24,000 bases of DNA, taken from sequence record PQ036876.1. One strand, written 5' to 3'. Positions 15,083-24,000 of this stretch are shown here, piece by piece (within the stretch, counting starts at the first letter, position 1; the number at the start of each line of letters is the position of its first letter). The notes below the pieces were generated by a model. That model was given only the letters and a program-made list of their open reading frames with translations, was not told the DNA's origin and searched no databases. The position numbers were made by a program, and so were the translations under genes. This DNA is from Lactococcus phage PMBT69.

Positions 15083-15985
15083 ATGACTGAAATCACAAAA
15101 GTCAGTAAAAACTTAGGAACGCTGACTATGAAAGAGATTGATGTTCAAATTGCAAAGGATATGATTATTAAGAATCATTATTCTAAGAAATGGAACTCAT
15201 CTTTTGGAAAGATTAACATTGGTGTCTTTAAAGACGAACGATTACTTGGTGTAGCAGTCTTTGGTAATTTGATGAATCCTAAATCATTTAAAAACATTTC
15301 AGATTATGGTGAGGGTTCAGTAATTGAACTCAACCGTCTATGGATTGATGATGAGTTAGGACACAATGCTGAAACTATTCTTATTAGTTCATCATTTAAA
15401 ATTATCAAAGCTGATTACCCAATAATTCGTTTCGTTCAATCATTCGCTGATGGACGACTAGGATGTGGAACTATTTATAAAGCATCTAACTTTAAATACT
15501 TTGGCTATGAGGAAACACTATTCTTTGAGGATAAGGAAACTGGTGAGGTATTCCACAAAGTTCCTTTGGAAAATACAAAGAGACCATTAGGTTTTCTTGG
15601 AAAAAATGCACGTTACTTAACTAACAAGCTTAAACCATTTAAAGTCAAAACCTATAGATATATTTTTCCACTCTACAAAAAAGATGTAGTCAAACTCAAA
15701 GAACATCCTTATCCAGCATATGATAAAGGAACTATTGAATCAGATTACGAACACCCAAATTCACTTATTGCTCGTCTTGCTCTCATGTATAAAGAAATTG
15801 GAATGGACAGTCTTGGGGATGCATGTATTTCTCTATTAGATAAACGTGGAATTGATGGATATGAAATCACTGAACTATTACTAAAACAATACAAAAATCA
15901 ATCTGTTGTTTGGTATATTAATGAATATTTACCTAACAATAAGAAAAAACTTATTGAAACAATCAAGGGGGCATTAAATGATTAA
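15083..15985 (+). CDS. Mom-like putative DNA-modification (GNAT-fold) protein
   Basis: MIIKNHYSKKWNSSFGKINIGVF...LLGVAVFGN...VIELNRLWIDDELGHNAETILISSSFKII...FVQSFADGRLGCGTIYKASNFKYFG matches the family-like pattern recalled for phage Mom proteins. Confidence 0.6.
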   Translation: MTEITKVSKNLGTLTMKEIDVQIAKDMIIKNHYSKKWNSSFGKINIGVFKDERLLGVAVFGNLMNPKSFKNISDYGEGSVIELNRLWIDDELGHNAETILISSSFKIIKADYPIIRFVQSFADGRLGCGTIYKASNFKYFGYEETLFFEDKETGEVFHKVPLENTKRPLGFLGKNARYLTNKLKPFKVKTYRYIFPLYKKDVVKLKEHPYPAYDKGTIESDYEHPNSLIARLALMYKEIGMDSLGDACISLLDKRGIDGYEITELLLKQYKNQSVVWYINEYLPNNKKKLIETIKGALND

Positions 15986-16316
15986 ACTTTATTTTTGTAG
16001 AGCAAGACAACAAGCTTATGCTACAGCAGACAGCAAAAAGGTAGGCTACTACAAACAAGGTGAAGAGTTCTTATTATATCGTAACTCTAAAGGTAACTGG
16101 TTGGCAACCACACCATTTAATAGTGGGATTAAATCTCATACGTTTCTTGTTAAACAGAATGGTGAGGCTAAATCTCATTGGATGTTGAATATGGAACACG
16201 TAAATATCACTGATGTGTTTGCTACACCAAACAAGAAAACATTGACTAAATCTATTGAGGTCTTTGAACAATTTAAAAAAGAAAGCCATTTATGGTCAGG
16301 AGAACAAATGCTATGA
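15978..16316 (+). CDS. hypothetical protein, 112 aa
   Basis: Intact ORF overlapping both neighbours by a few nt. Confidence 0.65.
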   Translation: MIKLYFCRARQQAYATADSKKVGYYKQGEEFLLYRNSKGNWLATTPFNSGIKSHTFLVKQNGEAKSHWMLNMEHVNITDVFATPNKKTLTKSIEVFEQFKKESHLWSGEQML

Positions 16317-16855
16317 AAAAAATCAAATTATACTTTGCAAGTCCACTGTTTACAGTAATGGAACAATGGTTCAATCGTGATGTCGTAGAGGAATTGCGTA
16401 ATCAAATTGGATTCTTGCCAAAATCAGAACAGGTAGATATCTCTATCTATTTACCACAAGAGAACGAGGCTATTAATGATAAATCAGCATATGCAAACTC
16501 AACAATGATTGCACAAGCTGATACTCAAGAACTTTTAGAATCAGATATTGTTTTAGCTATCTTGGATGGTGTAACAGTAGATGCTGGTGTAGCAAGCGAA
16601 ATTGGGGTAGCATATGCTAAAGGTATTCCAGTGATTGGTTTATATTCTGATTCACGACAAGGAACTCATGGAAATGTCAAAAAAGTAGAGGCTCTTGATG
16701 AGATTGCTGAATCACAATTTGCCTATATCAATCTTTACACAGCTGGCTTGGTTAAACTTAATGGGGTAATCACTGGTAATATCACAGATTTTGTAGACAC
16801 AATCCTTGAGGATGTTAAAAAATTAATTGAAGATAAATTAGAAGAGGTAGAATAA
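16313..16855 (+). CDS. nucleoside 2-deoxyribosyltransferase-like protein
   Basis: KLYFASPLFTVMEQWFNRDVVEELR...ILDGVTVDAGVASEIGVAYAKGIPVIGLYSDSR; ATG 16313 preferred over the track start 16292. Confidence 0.85.
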   Translation: MKKIKLYFASPLFTVMEQWFNRDVVEELRNQIGFLPKSEQVDISIYLPQENEAINDKSAYANSTMIAQADTQELLESDIVLAILDGVTVDAGVASEIGVAYAKGIPVIGLYSDSRQGTHGNVKKVEALDEIAESQFAYINLYTAGLVKLNGVITGNITDFVDTILEDVKKLIEDKLEEVE

Positions 16856-16856
16856 C

Positions 16857-17510
16857 TTGAAAACACTAATTAACAAGCCTGCATTTCAATATGCATATAT
16901 TGCAATCATCGTACTTGCTCAATTAGCAATTTTATTCACCGTAGATACACCAGTAATCCAATGGATATCAGGTATCTCAGGTGCGCTGTACGTATCAACA
17001 CTTACGTTTAGTAAAAAATATACATTTCTAATTGCATTAATATTCAATACAACAATGTTGTTTATCGGTATTCAACATGGTATCTTATCAGAAAGTATTC
17101 AACAGCCACTCTTTATGGCAATGGGTATTATTGGATTCATTAACATGAATTACTCTGGTAAGTTTGACTTTGTATCAAATACATTAAATCGAATCAAGCG
17201 TATCGAACCTTGGAAAATTTTGTTGATTAGTATTATTGTTACAATTGCTTGGACTTTTATTTCTAAAGGTCTTGGTTCACCTATCTGGTGGAAAGATGGA
17301 ATCCTTGGTGGTATTGCTATCTCGGCACAACTGTTTTCTATTGTCGGAAATCGTTATAGTTGGTTCTACTGGATGGCACTTAATGCTCTAACAACTTGGA
17401 CTTGGTTTACTTTGGCAACACCTAATGTTGCTATGGGAACTTTATATCTCATCTTTTTGGCGAATGCAATCTTTGGTTACATTTTCTGGACAGTTGCTGA
17501 AAAACAATAA
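16857..17510 (+). CDS. pnuC: PnuC-like nicotinamide riboside transporter, TTG start
   Basis: Multi-TM protein with GFINMNYSGK..., PIWWKDGILGGIAISAQLFSIVGNRYSWFYWMALNALTTWTWF typical of PnuC. Confidence 0.75.
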   Translation: MKTLINKPAFQYAYIAIIVLAQLAILFTVDTPVIQWISGISGALYVSTLTFSKKYTFLIALIFNTTMLFIGIQHGILSESIQQPLFMAMGIIGFINMNYSGKFDFVSNTLNRIKRIEPWKILLISIIVTIAWTFISKGLGSPIWWKDGILGGIAISAQLFSIVGNRYSWFYWMALNALTTWTWFTLATPNVAMGTLYLIFLANAIFGYIFWTVAEKQ

Positions 17511-17515
17511 ACACG

Positions 17516-17544
17516 AAAGATACTGTTAATTCAGTATCTTTTTT
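17516..17544 (+). terminator. Rho-independent terminator
   Basis: AAAGATACTG-TTAATT-CAGTATCTTT followed by TTT. Confidence 0.85.
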
Positions 17545-17558
17545 AGATATAATATGAC

Positions 17559-17587
17559 TTGACAAGATGGTTATATTGTGGTATAAT
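17559..17587 (+). promoter_or_regulatory. sigma-A promoter upstream of nrdD
   Basis: TTGACA 17559-17564, TATAAT 17582-17587. Confidence 0.88.
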
Positions 17588-17620
17588 GGATATGAATAGA
17601 ATTTGGAGGAATTTGTAACT

Positions 17621-20119
17621 ATGAGAGAATATCTTAACGTTATTAAAAAAGGTCTTGATAGCAATTACAATGCTATTAAAGAACCTTGGGATGATAATAA
17701 GATTATCAAAGCTTGTGAGAAATCAGCTCACCACATTGGTAAAGAACTAACACAAGCCGACAAAGACAATATTCTCAGACTACTAGAGGTATACATTAGT
17801 GATATGTATAAAGATATAGTTGTTGAGGATAAAAAAGACAATAAGCTATATGGCTTATCAGATATTAGGGTGTCTGATTTACATGAGCTTGTACAAACTG
17901 TCTTAAGAGATATTGATATAGAAATATATGAGTCATATAAACAATATCGTGATTACAAGAAAATGCAATCACAACACTACCGTTCTCTCTATGCAGACTT
18001 AGAAAGCCTAAACAGTGGTGTCTATAATGAGAATGCAAACAAGGACAGCGCAATTATTTCTACAAAACGTTCTCTCTTAGCAGAGATGACACAAAAACAA
18101 TTGATGAAAGACTTTATCTTACGTAGCCCTTGGAAAAAAGCTCATGATGAGGGTTGGATTTACATTCATGATTTAGGTGATTTATATTGGCGCACATTTA
18201 ATTGTGATAATGTTGATTTGGGAAATATCATTCAAACCAAGAAACATTCAGACGGTAATTATGCATTTAATTTGAACGGTGTTAAATATCCAGAACCTAA
18301 ATCTGTAGAGTCAGCTTTCAATTTGCTTGCTGATTTAATTTTGCAAATGTCATCACAGCAATTTGGTGGATTTAGTGTTCAAAACTTTGATAGTATTTTA
18401 GCTCCTTATGCAGAGTTGACTTATGACAAAGCTGTTAAGAAATATATGTCAAAAGGAATTGCATATAATACAGCACGTGAGTTGGCTGAGGAAGATACAC
18501 TATATGCAATTAAACAAGGTGTTCAAGGATTTGAATTAGAAATTAGTACAATTTCAAATGCTCTTGGTCAAATTCCTTTTACATCAATTGGATTTGGACT
18601 TGATACCTCTAAGTGGGGTCGTGAGATTACACGTGCATTCCTATTAGAGCGCTCAGAACCTGATTGTGTATTAGTATTTCCTAAGCTTATCTTTGCAAGT
18701 GCTAAAGAAATTAACTTAAATCCTGATAGTCCTAACTATGACTTATTCCAATTGGCTATTAAATGTAGTTCAACTAAACTGTATCCAGACTATGTTTCAA
18801 TGGATGAGGGGATTCTAGCACCAGCATATGAAAGACATAAAGATGATTTAAGTCAAATCTTATCTGTACCTATGGGATGCCGTAGCTATAATAATTTCTT
18901 GTTTAGAAATCCTTTACCTGAAACAGCTGACTTTGGTAAAGAAATCTACAAGGGTCGAGGAAATGTGGGTGTTGTAACACTTAATTTCCCTAAGATGGCT
19001 ATTGAATCAAAAGGTAATTGGGATAAATTCCATGAGCTAGTTGTTAAATATACTGAAATGATTTGTGATATTCTTGATTGGCGATATAATTATGTTGGTG
19101 AGGCAAGAGCTGAAAGCAATCCTTTGATGTGGATGGAAGGCGGTGCTTGGCGACAACTTAAACATGATGAAAGAATTGCGAAAACAATCTTTAATTTCTC
19201 AGCATCTATTGGTGTAATTGGCTACAATGAGGCTTTGAACTACATGTATCTGAACAATGGCTACACTGTTGATACATTGCCAGAATATAAGAGTGGTGGA
19301 ATTAGACAAAGACATCAAATGAAACTTACAGAATGGGTTGATGATGTTAAATCATATCGTAATTTCTTAGATAGTGTTCGTATTGATTCTGAGGGAAATC
19401 AAACTAAAGTCTTTGATAGAAATATGAATATTATTGAACCAGACCCTGATAAAGAATACCTAGAAATATTTACAGGATTAAATGATGATGAAAAATCAGA
19501 TATTATTCATCGTATGTATTCAATATATGGTACACCAGCTGAGGGTCTTGTTTACAAAATGATGACACAATTACAAGAACAATACGGAAAGATTGCTGGT
19601 GTAACAGCTCACTTAGACGGAACTGGTCGTAACTATGTTACAAATTCATTCCACCAACCAGTGTTTATTGAATCAAATGTGTATGACAAAATAGACTTTG
19701 AAGCTCCTTTCCACCAAGATGGGATGGCAAGTGGTGGTCACATATCACAAAATGAGTTTGCTTATGGAACACCGTTACCAGTTTTAGAACAAGCCGTAAG
19801 ATATGCAATGGATAAAGGTATGTATTATGGTGTTAATATTGCATCTAGTCATTGTTTTGATTGTGGTTGGAATGGTGAAACAGCAGACATCTGTCCTGAA
19901 TGTTCATCAGAAAATGTTGTCACAATTCAACGTGTATGTGGATATCTTTCAATTACAAGTCGTAATGGACATAGCGTTGTTAATGCTGGAAAAACACAAG
20001 AGTTTCTTGAACGTGTAAATCATCAAGGAAATTCTAAAAAAGAGTATACAAAGAACTTTGAGAAACATCATGATATTCAAAGAGATATTGTTGATAAAAA
20101 ATTCTCAATGTTTGAATAG
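17621..20119 (+). CDS. nrdD: anaerobic (class III) ribonucleotide reductase NrdD
   Basis: SSQQFGGFSVQNFD, FPKLIFASAKE, C-terminal zinc motif CFDCG...CPEC, glycyl-radical-like RVCGYL; ATG 17621 follows ggagga. Confidence 0.93.
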   Translation: MREYLNVIKKGLDSNYNAIKEPWDDNKIIKACEKSAHHIGKELTQADKDNILRLLEVYISDMYKDIVVEDKKDNKLYGLSDIRVSDLHELVQTVLRDIDIEIYESYKQYRDYKKMQSQHYRSLYADLESLNSGVYNENANKDSAIISTKRSLLAEMTQKQLMKDFILRSPWKKAHDEGWIYIHDLGDLYWRTFNCDNVDLGNIIQTKKHSDGNYAFNLNGVKYPEPKSVESAFNLLADLILQMSSQQFGGFSVQNFDSILAPYAELTYDKAVKKYMSKGIAYNTARELAEEDTLYAIKQGVQGFELEISTISNALGQIPFTSIGFGLDTSKWGREITRAFLLERSEPDCVLVFPKLIFASAKEINLNPDSPNYDLFQLAIKCSSTKLYPDYVSMDEGILAPAYERHKDDLSQILSVPMGCRSYNNFLFRNPLPETADFGKEIYKGRGNVGVVTLNFPKMAIESKGNWDKFHELVVKYTEMICDILDWRYNYVGEARAESNPLMWMEGGAWRQLKHDERIAKTIFNFSASIGVIGYNEALNYMYLNNGYTVDTLPEYKSGGIRQRHQMKLTEWVDDVKSYRNFLDSVRIDSEGNQTKVFDRNMNIIEPDPDKEYLEIFTGLNDDEKSDIIHRMYSIYGTPAEGLVYKMMTQLQEQYGKIAGVTAHLDGTGRNYVTNSFHQPVFIESNVYDKIDFEAPFHQDGMASGGHISQNEFAYGTPLPVLEQAVRYAMDKGMYYGVNIASSHCFDCGWNGETADICPECSSENVVTIQRVCGYLSITSRNGHSVVNAGKTQEFLERVNHQGNSKKEYTKNFEKHHDIQRDIVDKKFSMFE

Positions 20120-20127
20120 GAGAAACA

Positions 20128-20730
20128 ATGGCTTATATACACCAAATAAATGAAATGGATTTTGATAACAGCTTTCAAGAGGGTGGATATAGAACAGAAA
20201 ATCAGTCTCAACTACCAGTTGGGGCTGTTGTTTCTATATTTGTGAATTTTTGTTCATTCCACTGTCTGAATTGCTGGAACTCTAAAACATGGGATAGACA
20301 AGAGGATTTGTTTATGCCTGATGAAGTAGTTGCAAATAAAGTAATTGAGGCACTCAAAGCGCACAAATTAACACCTGAACTTGGCTTATCTCTCTTAGGT
20401 GGTGACCCAATATTGCCACAAAATGCAGAATCAACAGCAAACATCTTGAGAATGGTATTAGAAGAGTTTCCTGATTTAGTTGTTGGGTTGTGGACTGGAT
20501 ACACGTTTGATTATCTTTTAAAACATGCTGACGAAAATCAGAAATATATCCTAGAGAACATTGATGTTATCATTGATGGTAGATTCATTGAGAAAAAGAA
20601 AATTAAAAACAGACGATATGGTTCATATAATCAACGAGTTATAAACGTTCCAGAATCATTGAGGACAAACAGTGTTGTTTTGACAGAATCTTATATTAAA
20701 GAAAAAGATGAAATAATACTTGACAAATAA
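20128..20730 (+). CDS. nrdG: anaerobic RNR activating protein NrdG (radical SAM)
   Basis: VNFCSFHCLNCWNSKTWD (CxxxCxxC), LSLLGGDPILPQN. Confidence 0.93.
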   Translation: MAYIHQINEMDFDNSFQEGGYRTENQSQLPVGAVVSIFVNFCSFHCLNCWNSKTWDRQEDLFMPDEVVANKVIEALKAHKLTPELGLSLLGGDPILPQNAESTANILRMVLEEFPDLVVGLWTGYTFDYLLKHADENQKYILENIDVIIDGRFIEKKKIKNRRYGSYNQRVINVPESLRTNSVVLTESYIKEKDEIILDK

Positions 20731-20748
20731 TATATATTATGCTATACT
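20720..20748 (+). promoter_or_regulatory. sigma-A promoter upstream of rtcB
   Basis: TTGACA 20720-20725, TATACT 20743-20748, 17-bp spacer. Confidence 0.82.
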
Positions 20749-20779
20749 TAATATATAGAAAACATAAAGGAGAAAAATT

Positions 20780-22003
20780 ATGAAAATTAAAGGTTCTTAC
20801 AATGATGTAGATGTCCTATTGAAAAATGAGGATTTAGATGATGCAACACGCAATCAAATTCAAGAACTTGCTGACAATCCACGTTACGCAGAAAACAAAA
20901 TCGTAATGATGCCTGACACTCATGCTGGTATTCCAGCACCAATTGGTTTAACAATGCAAATCGAACACGACTTAGTTAAGTTTCCATTTGAACTTGTTGG
21001 TAATGATATTGGATGTGGTGTTACATCAATCATCTTTAATACAGACCGTCCATTTACAGAGTATGAACTTTCTCTTGCTTATAGAGAAATCGAGGAAGAA
21101 ATTCAAACCACTGTAAATGAAACAAATATTGCTGAGGACTTTGTTCGTGATACTGGTAGCAAATTTGAAATTTATGAAAGTTTGAATTGTGGAACTATCC
21201 CTGAGTATGAATGGAAAACATTCGGAACTTTAGGTGGTGGGAATCACTTTATTGAACTTGGTGAAATTTCTAAGAATACATATATGTTGTCAGTTCACTC
21301 TGGCTCTCGTGGATTAGGAGCTTTTGTTTATAAAAAATATAAAGAAATTGCTCAAAAAGGTTCTGAGAAAAATGCTAAGAATAAACGACAAGAAATCATT
21401 GACTTTTTCTTAGAACGTGGTCTTGACACAATGATTGAAGATGTTATTAAAAATGTTCCTAGTGAGTACTTTGACACTGATGGATACTTAAATGGTCTAG
21501 ATGTCATTGACTATCTTGGTGATATGGATTACGCTGTTGAATTTGCTGAACAATCTCGTACATCAATCTTGTTACGTGTATACGTTATTCTCTCTATGAT
21601 TCAATCAACTTATTCAAAACAAACTATCATCTCAACTCACAACTACTATAATCAAAGAGACGGTGTTCTACGTAAAGGTGCTGTACGCTCTGATGGATTG
21701 TTAGTAACACCTTTGTCAATGAATAAAGGTATCATTGTTTCTGAGGGGATTCCATCTGCTGATAACAACTATTCAGCACCACATGGTGCAGGTCGTGTAA
21801 TGTCACGTAAGGTTGCAAAAGAAACAATCACATTAGAATCTTTAAAAGATGATATGGAAGGCATTATGACAAATGTTCGTGAGGGCATCATTGATGAATC
21901 ACCACGTGCATACAAAGATTATGATAAATTAGTAGATGAGTTTGCAAAAACAATGAAACCAATTGCTATTGCTAAACCAATCCTCAATTTTAAAGGAGAG
22001 TAA
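20780..22003 (+). CDS. rtcB: RtcB-family RNA ligase
   Basis: MMPDTHAGIPAPIG, GNDIGCGV, TLGGGNHFIELGEI, SVHSGSRGLGAFV, APHGAGRVMSRKVAK. Confidence 0.92.
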   Translation: MKIKGSYNDVDVLLKNEDLDDATRNQIQELADNPRYAENKIVMMPDTHAGIPAPIGLTMQIEHDLVKFPFELVGNDIGCGVTSIIFNTDRPFTEYELSLAYREIEEEIQTTVNETNIAEDFVRDTGSKFEIYESLNCGTIPEYEWKTFGTLGGGNHFIELGEISKNTYMLSVHSGSRGLGAFVYKKYKEIAQKGSEKNAKNKRQEIIDFFLERGLDTMIEDVIKNVPSEYFDTDGYLNGLDVIDYLGDMDYAVEFAEQSRTSILLRVYVILSMIQSTYSKQTIISTHNYYNQRDGVLRKGAVRSDGLLVTPLSMNKGIIVSEGIPSADNNYSAPHGAGRVMSRKVAKETITLESLKDDMEGIMTNVREGIIDESPRAYKDYDKLVDEFAKTMKPIAIAKPILNFKGE

Positions 22004-22004
22004 T

Positions 22005-22202
22005 ATGAATATACTAGAACAGTATATTGAAAGAATCATTTCTGAAAAAGCATACAAAGAGGAATGGACTAAGGCTTATGATGATAAATTTGTTCGTGTA
22101 AATATGATTGTTAATTGTTATGGTTCTAAATCAGAGGTTAATAAAATATTTACAGCAGACAAATGGAAAGAGGTTAAGGAACAAGGATTCTATTATGAAT
22201 AA
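22005..22202 (+). CDS. hypothetical protein, 65 aa
   Basis: ATG 22005 behind aaaggagag; the track start 21963 lies inside rtcB. Confidence 0.6.
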   Translation: MNILEQYIERIISEKAYKEEWTKAYDDKFVRVNMIVNCYGSKSEVNKIFTADKWKEVKEQGFYYE

Positions 22203-22416
22203 GACACTAATGTTAGATAAGGCTTTGAATGAAATTAATTCAAATGTGATTATCATGAATGAGGCTTTAAAGAATATCAACAGTGCTTATGATTCAGTAC
22301 ATGATTCATACATTAGGGGCGAGCTTAATACTGAGGAACTTAATAGTTTCATCAAGAACTTACCACCTGTTGATTTTTCAGAAAGCTATTATGAAAAGAG
22401 GTATACCAATGACTAA
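22195..22416 (+). CDS. hypothetical protein, 73 aa
   Basis: ATG 22195 behind aagga; internal to the longer track ORF. Confidence 0.6.
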   Translation: MNKTLMLDKALNEINSNVIIMNEALKNINSAYDSVHDSYIRGELNTEELNSFIKNLPPVDFSESYYEKRYTND

Positions 22417-22642
22417 AGATGAAAAAGTAATTATGGATGGGGTTGACTCAAACAAAATTATTCTTGAACGTATTGATGACTTTTATCAATTTTTTGATGG
22501 TGACCAAAAAGCACCATTTGCAACATTTGATATGAATACTCGTCAATTTACTTATCTTGCAGGCAATGTTAAGGACAATCCTGAACTTGCTGAAAAAGTT
22601 TATCAACGACTATTAATTCTTTCTAAACATAGAACTTTTTAG
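22409..22642 (+). CDS. hypothetical protein, 77 aa
   Basis: ATG 22409 behind agaggt; internal to the longer track ORF. Confidence 0.6.
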   Translation: MTKDEKVIMDGVDSNKIILERIDDFYQFFDGDQKAPFATFDMNTRQFTYLAGNVKDNPELAEKVYQRLLILSKHRTF

Positions 22643-22671
22643 TTGACAAAGTAAGACTATTATGATATAAT
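22643..22671 (+). promoter_or_regulatory. sigma-A promoter upstream of nrdHIE
   Basis: TTGACA 22643-22648, TATAAT 22666-22671. Confidence 0.88.
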
Positions 22672-22704
22672 AGTCTTATTGTTTTATAGAAAAGAGGACA
22701 CAAA

Positions 22705-22941
22705 ATGATTACTGTTTATAGTAAATATGATTGCAAAAACTGCAAACAAACAAAAAGAATGCTCAAATTCGCTAACCTTGAGTTCGTAGAACGTAATGTT
22801 CAAGACGATGCTGAAGCTCTTGACTTTGTTAAAAATGAACTTGGATTTACAAACCTACCTGTTATTGTGGCAGACAATGTAGAACCTTTCCAATATAATA
22901 AAGACAAAGTGGCAGAATTTATTAAGGAGTTTCGTAAATAG
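22705..22941 (+). CDS. nrdH: NrdH glutaredoxin-like protein
   Basis: MITVYSKYDCKNCKQTKRML with CxxC, FTNLPVIV. Confidence 0.9.
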   Translation: MITVYSKYDCKNCKQTKRMLKFANLEFVERNVQDDAEALDFVKNELGFTNLPVIVADNVEPFQYNKDKVAEFIKEFRK

Positions 22942-22959
22942 TATGCAAGGAGCTTAAAT

Positions 22960-23310
22960 ATGATTGTTTATAAATCATTAAGTGGGAATTGTAAGAGGGT
23001 CGTTAAAAAACTTGATGTTGAAAGTTTTGAAATTGATGGTGACAATATCTATGATTTTGAAGCTCAAGACTTTTATTTACTAATGCCTACTTATGAAGAG
23101 GAATGGATTATAGATGCATGGGATTTCATGGATGAATACCATAAACATTGTAAGGGTATTATTGGTTCTGGAAACTTTAACTTTGGCAATGATATGTTTA
23201 TCTTTACTGCCATTGACATGGGTGAGAAATACAATATACCAATTATATACTCAATTGAGAATTTTGGGAACAAAAAAGATATTGAGGAAATCAAAAAATT
23301 AATTAATTAG
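22960..23310 (+). CDS. nrdI: NrdI flavodoxin-like protein
   Basis: MIVYKSLSGNCKRVVKKL, LLMPTYEE, GIIGSGNFNFGNDM; located between nrdH and nrdE. Confidence 0.87.
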   Translation: MIVYKSLSGNCKRVVKKLDVESFEIDGDNIYDFEAQDFYLLMPTYEEEWIIDAWDFMDEYHKHCKGIIGSGNFNFGNDMFIFTAIDMGEKYNIPIIYSIENFGNKKDIEEIKKLIN

Positions 23311-23321
23311 GAGGATTCGGT

Positions 23322-24000
23322 TTGACAATAACTAAAATCGAAACAAAAGAATCAGTAACACCAGAGTATTTTATGCTCAACAATCAACTTAATATTGTCA
23401 AGGATGATAAAATTCAGCTTGATGCAGACCGCAAAGCTGTACATAGTTATTTCATTGATTATGTGAATCCACACACCGTATATTTTGGTGATTTAGAGGA
23501 AAAGATTGGATATCTTATTAAAAATGGATACATCAAACCTGAACTTTTAGATATGTATAACTTTAAGTTTATCAAGAAAGTATTCAAATATTTGTATGAT
23601 TATAAATTCCGATTCAAAACTTTCATGGGGGCATATAAATTCTATTCACAATATGCTATGAAGACTACAGATAATAAGTCTATTCTTGAACGTTATGAAG
23701 ACCGCTTAGCTTTTAATGCTTTATTCATGGGTGGTGGTGATAAAAAACTAGCTATGAATCTTGCTGAGGAACTTATTACACAACGTTATGTTCCAGCAAC
23801 ACCAACACTGCTTAATATTGGTAAAGTACGTGCTGGCGAAATGGTTTCATGTTTCTTGATTAACGTTGATGATAATATGAACTCAATCGGTCGTTCTGTT
23901 AACTCAGTATTGCAACTCTCTAAAATGGGTGGTGGTGTTGGACTTGGATTGACTGACATTCGTCCATCTGGTGACCCAATTAAAGGAATTGAGGGAATGG
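23322..24000 (+). CDS. nrdE: NrdE, class Ib RNR large subunit (partial, runs off window)
   Basis: TTG 23322 behind taggagg; open to window end; ...ERYEDRLAFNALFMGGGDKKLAMNLAEELITQRYVPATPTLLNIGKVRAGEMVSCFLINVDDNMNSIGRSVNSVLQLSKMGGGVGLGLTDIRPSGDPIKG. Confidence 0.92.
   Translation, partial: MTITKIETKESVTPEYFMLNNQLNIVKDDKIQLDADRKAVHSYFIDYVNPHTVYFGDLEEKIGYLIKNGYIKPELLDMYNFKFIKKVFKYLYDYKFRFKTFMGAYKFYSQYAMKTTDNKSILERYEDRLAFNALFMGGGDKKLAMNLAEELITQRYVPATPTLLNIGKVRAGEMVSCFLINVDDNMNSIGRSVNSVLQLSKMGGGVGLGLTDIRPSGDPIKGIEGM

Noticed and set aside
1-24000. CRISPR array, IS element or integrase
   Set aside because: No regularly spaced direct repeats, transposase or recombinase motifs seen in the window.

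Overview
Dense, almost entirely plus-strand window that looks like part of a large Gram-positive (Firmicutes-type) phage or phage-like element (inference; no structural genes are in the window). It encodes a type II topoisomerase pair (ParE/GyrB-like and ParC/GyrA-like), class III RNR (NrdD/NrdG), class Ib RNR (NrdH, NrdI and the 5' part of NrdE, which is missing from the ORF track and has a TTG start), an RtcB-family RNA ligase, a nucleoside 2-deoxyribosyltransferase-like protein, a PnuC-like transporter, a possible Mom-like DNA-modification protein, an AAA ATPase, an HNH/NUMOD-like endonuclease and an LPXTG-anchored MucBP-like surface protein. The most unusual part is the RNA content (about 1.25-1.47 kb, 2.6 kb, 4.8-5.4 kb and 6.48-9.48 kb). 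It holds roughly nine assignable tRNAs, a phage-type tmRNA (5024-5368, predicted tag ANTQLAVA) and a series of non-canonical tRNA-like elements. Two of these, at 1251-1296 and 2611-2656, are both exactly 46 nt, consist only of an acceptor stem plus T arm, and share a 14-nt linker (NRATAAGGNNTGTA) in place of the D and anticodon arms. Others keep a T arm stacked on the acceptor stem but have no usable anticodon arm. An RtcB ligase gene lies further downstream. Eleven TTGACA-N17-TATAAT promoters have the same spacing, and several start just upstream of RNA genes. A 10-bp inverted repeat encloses a ~308-nt non-coding segment at 10259-10566.
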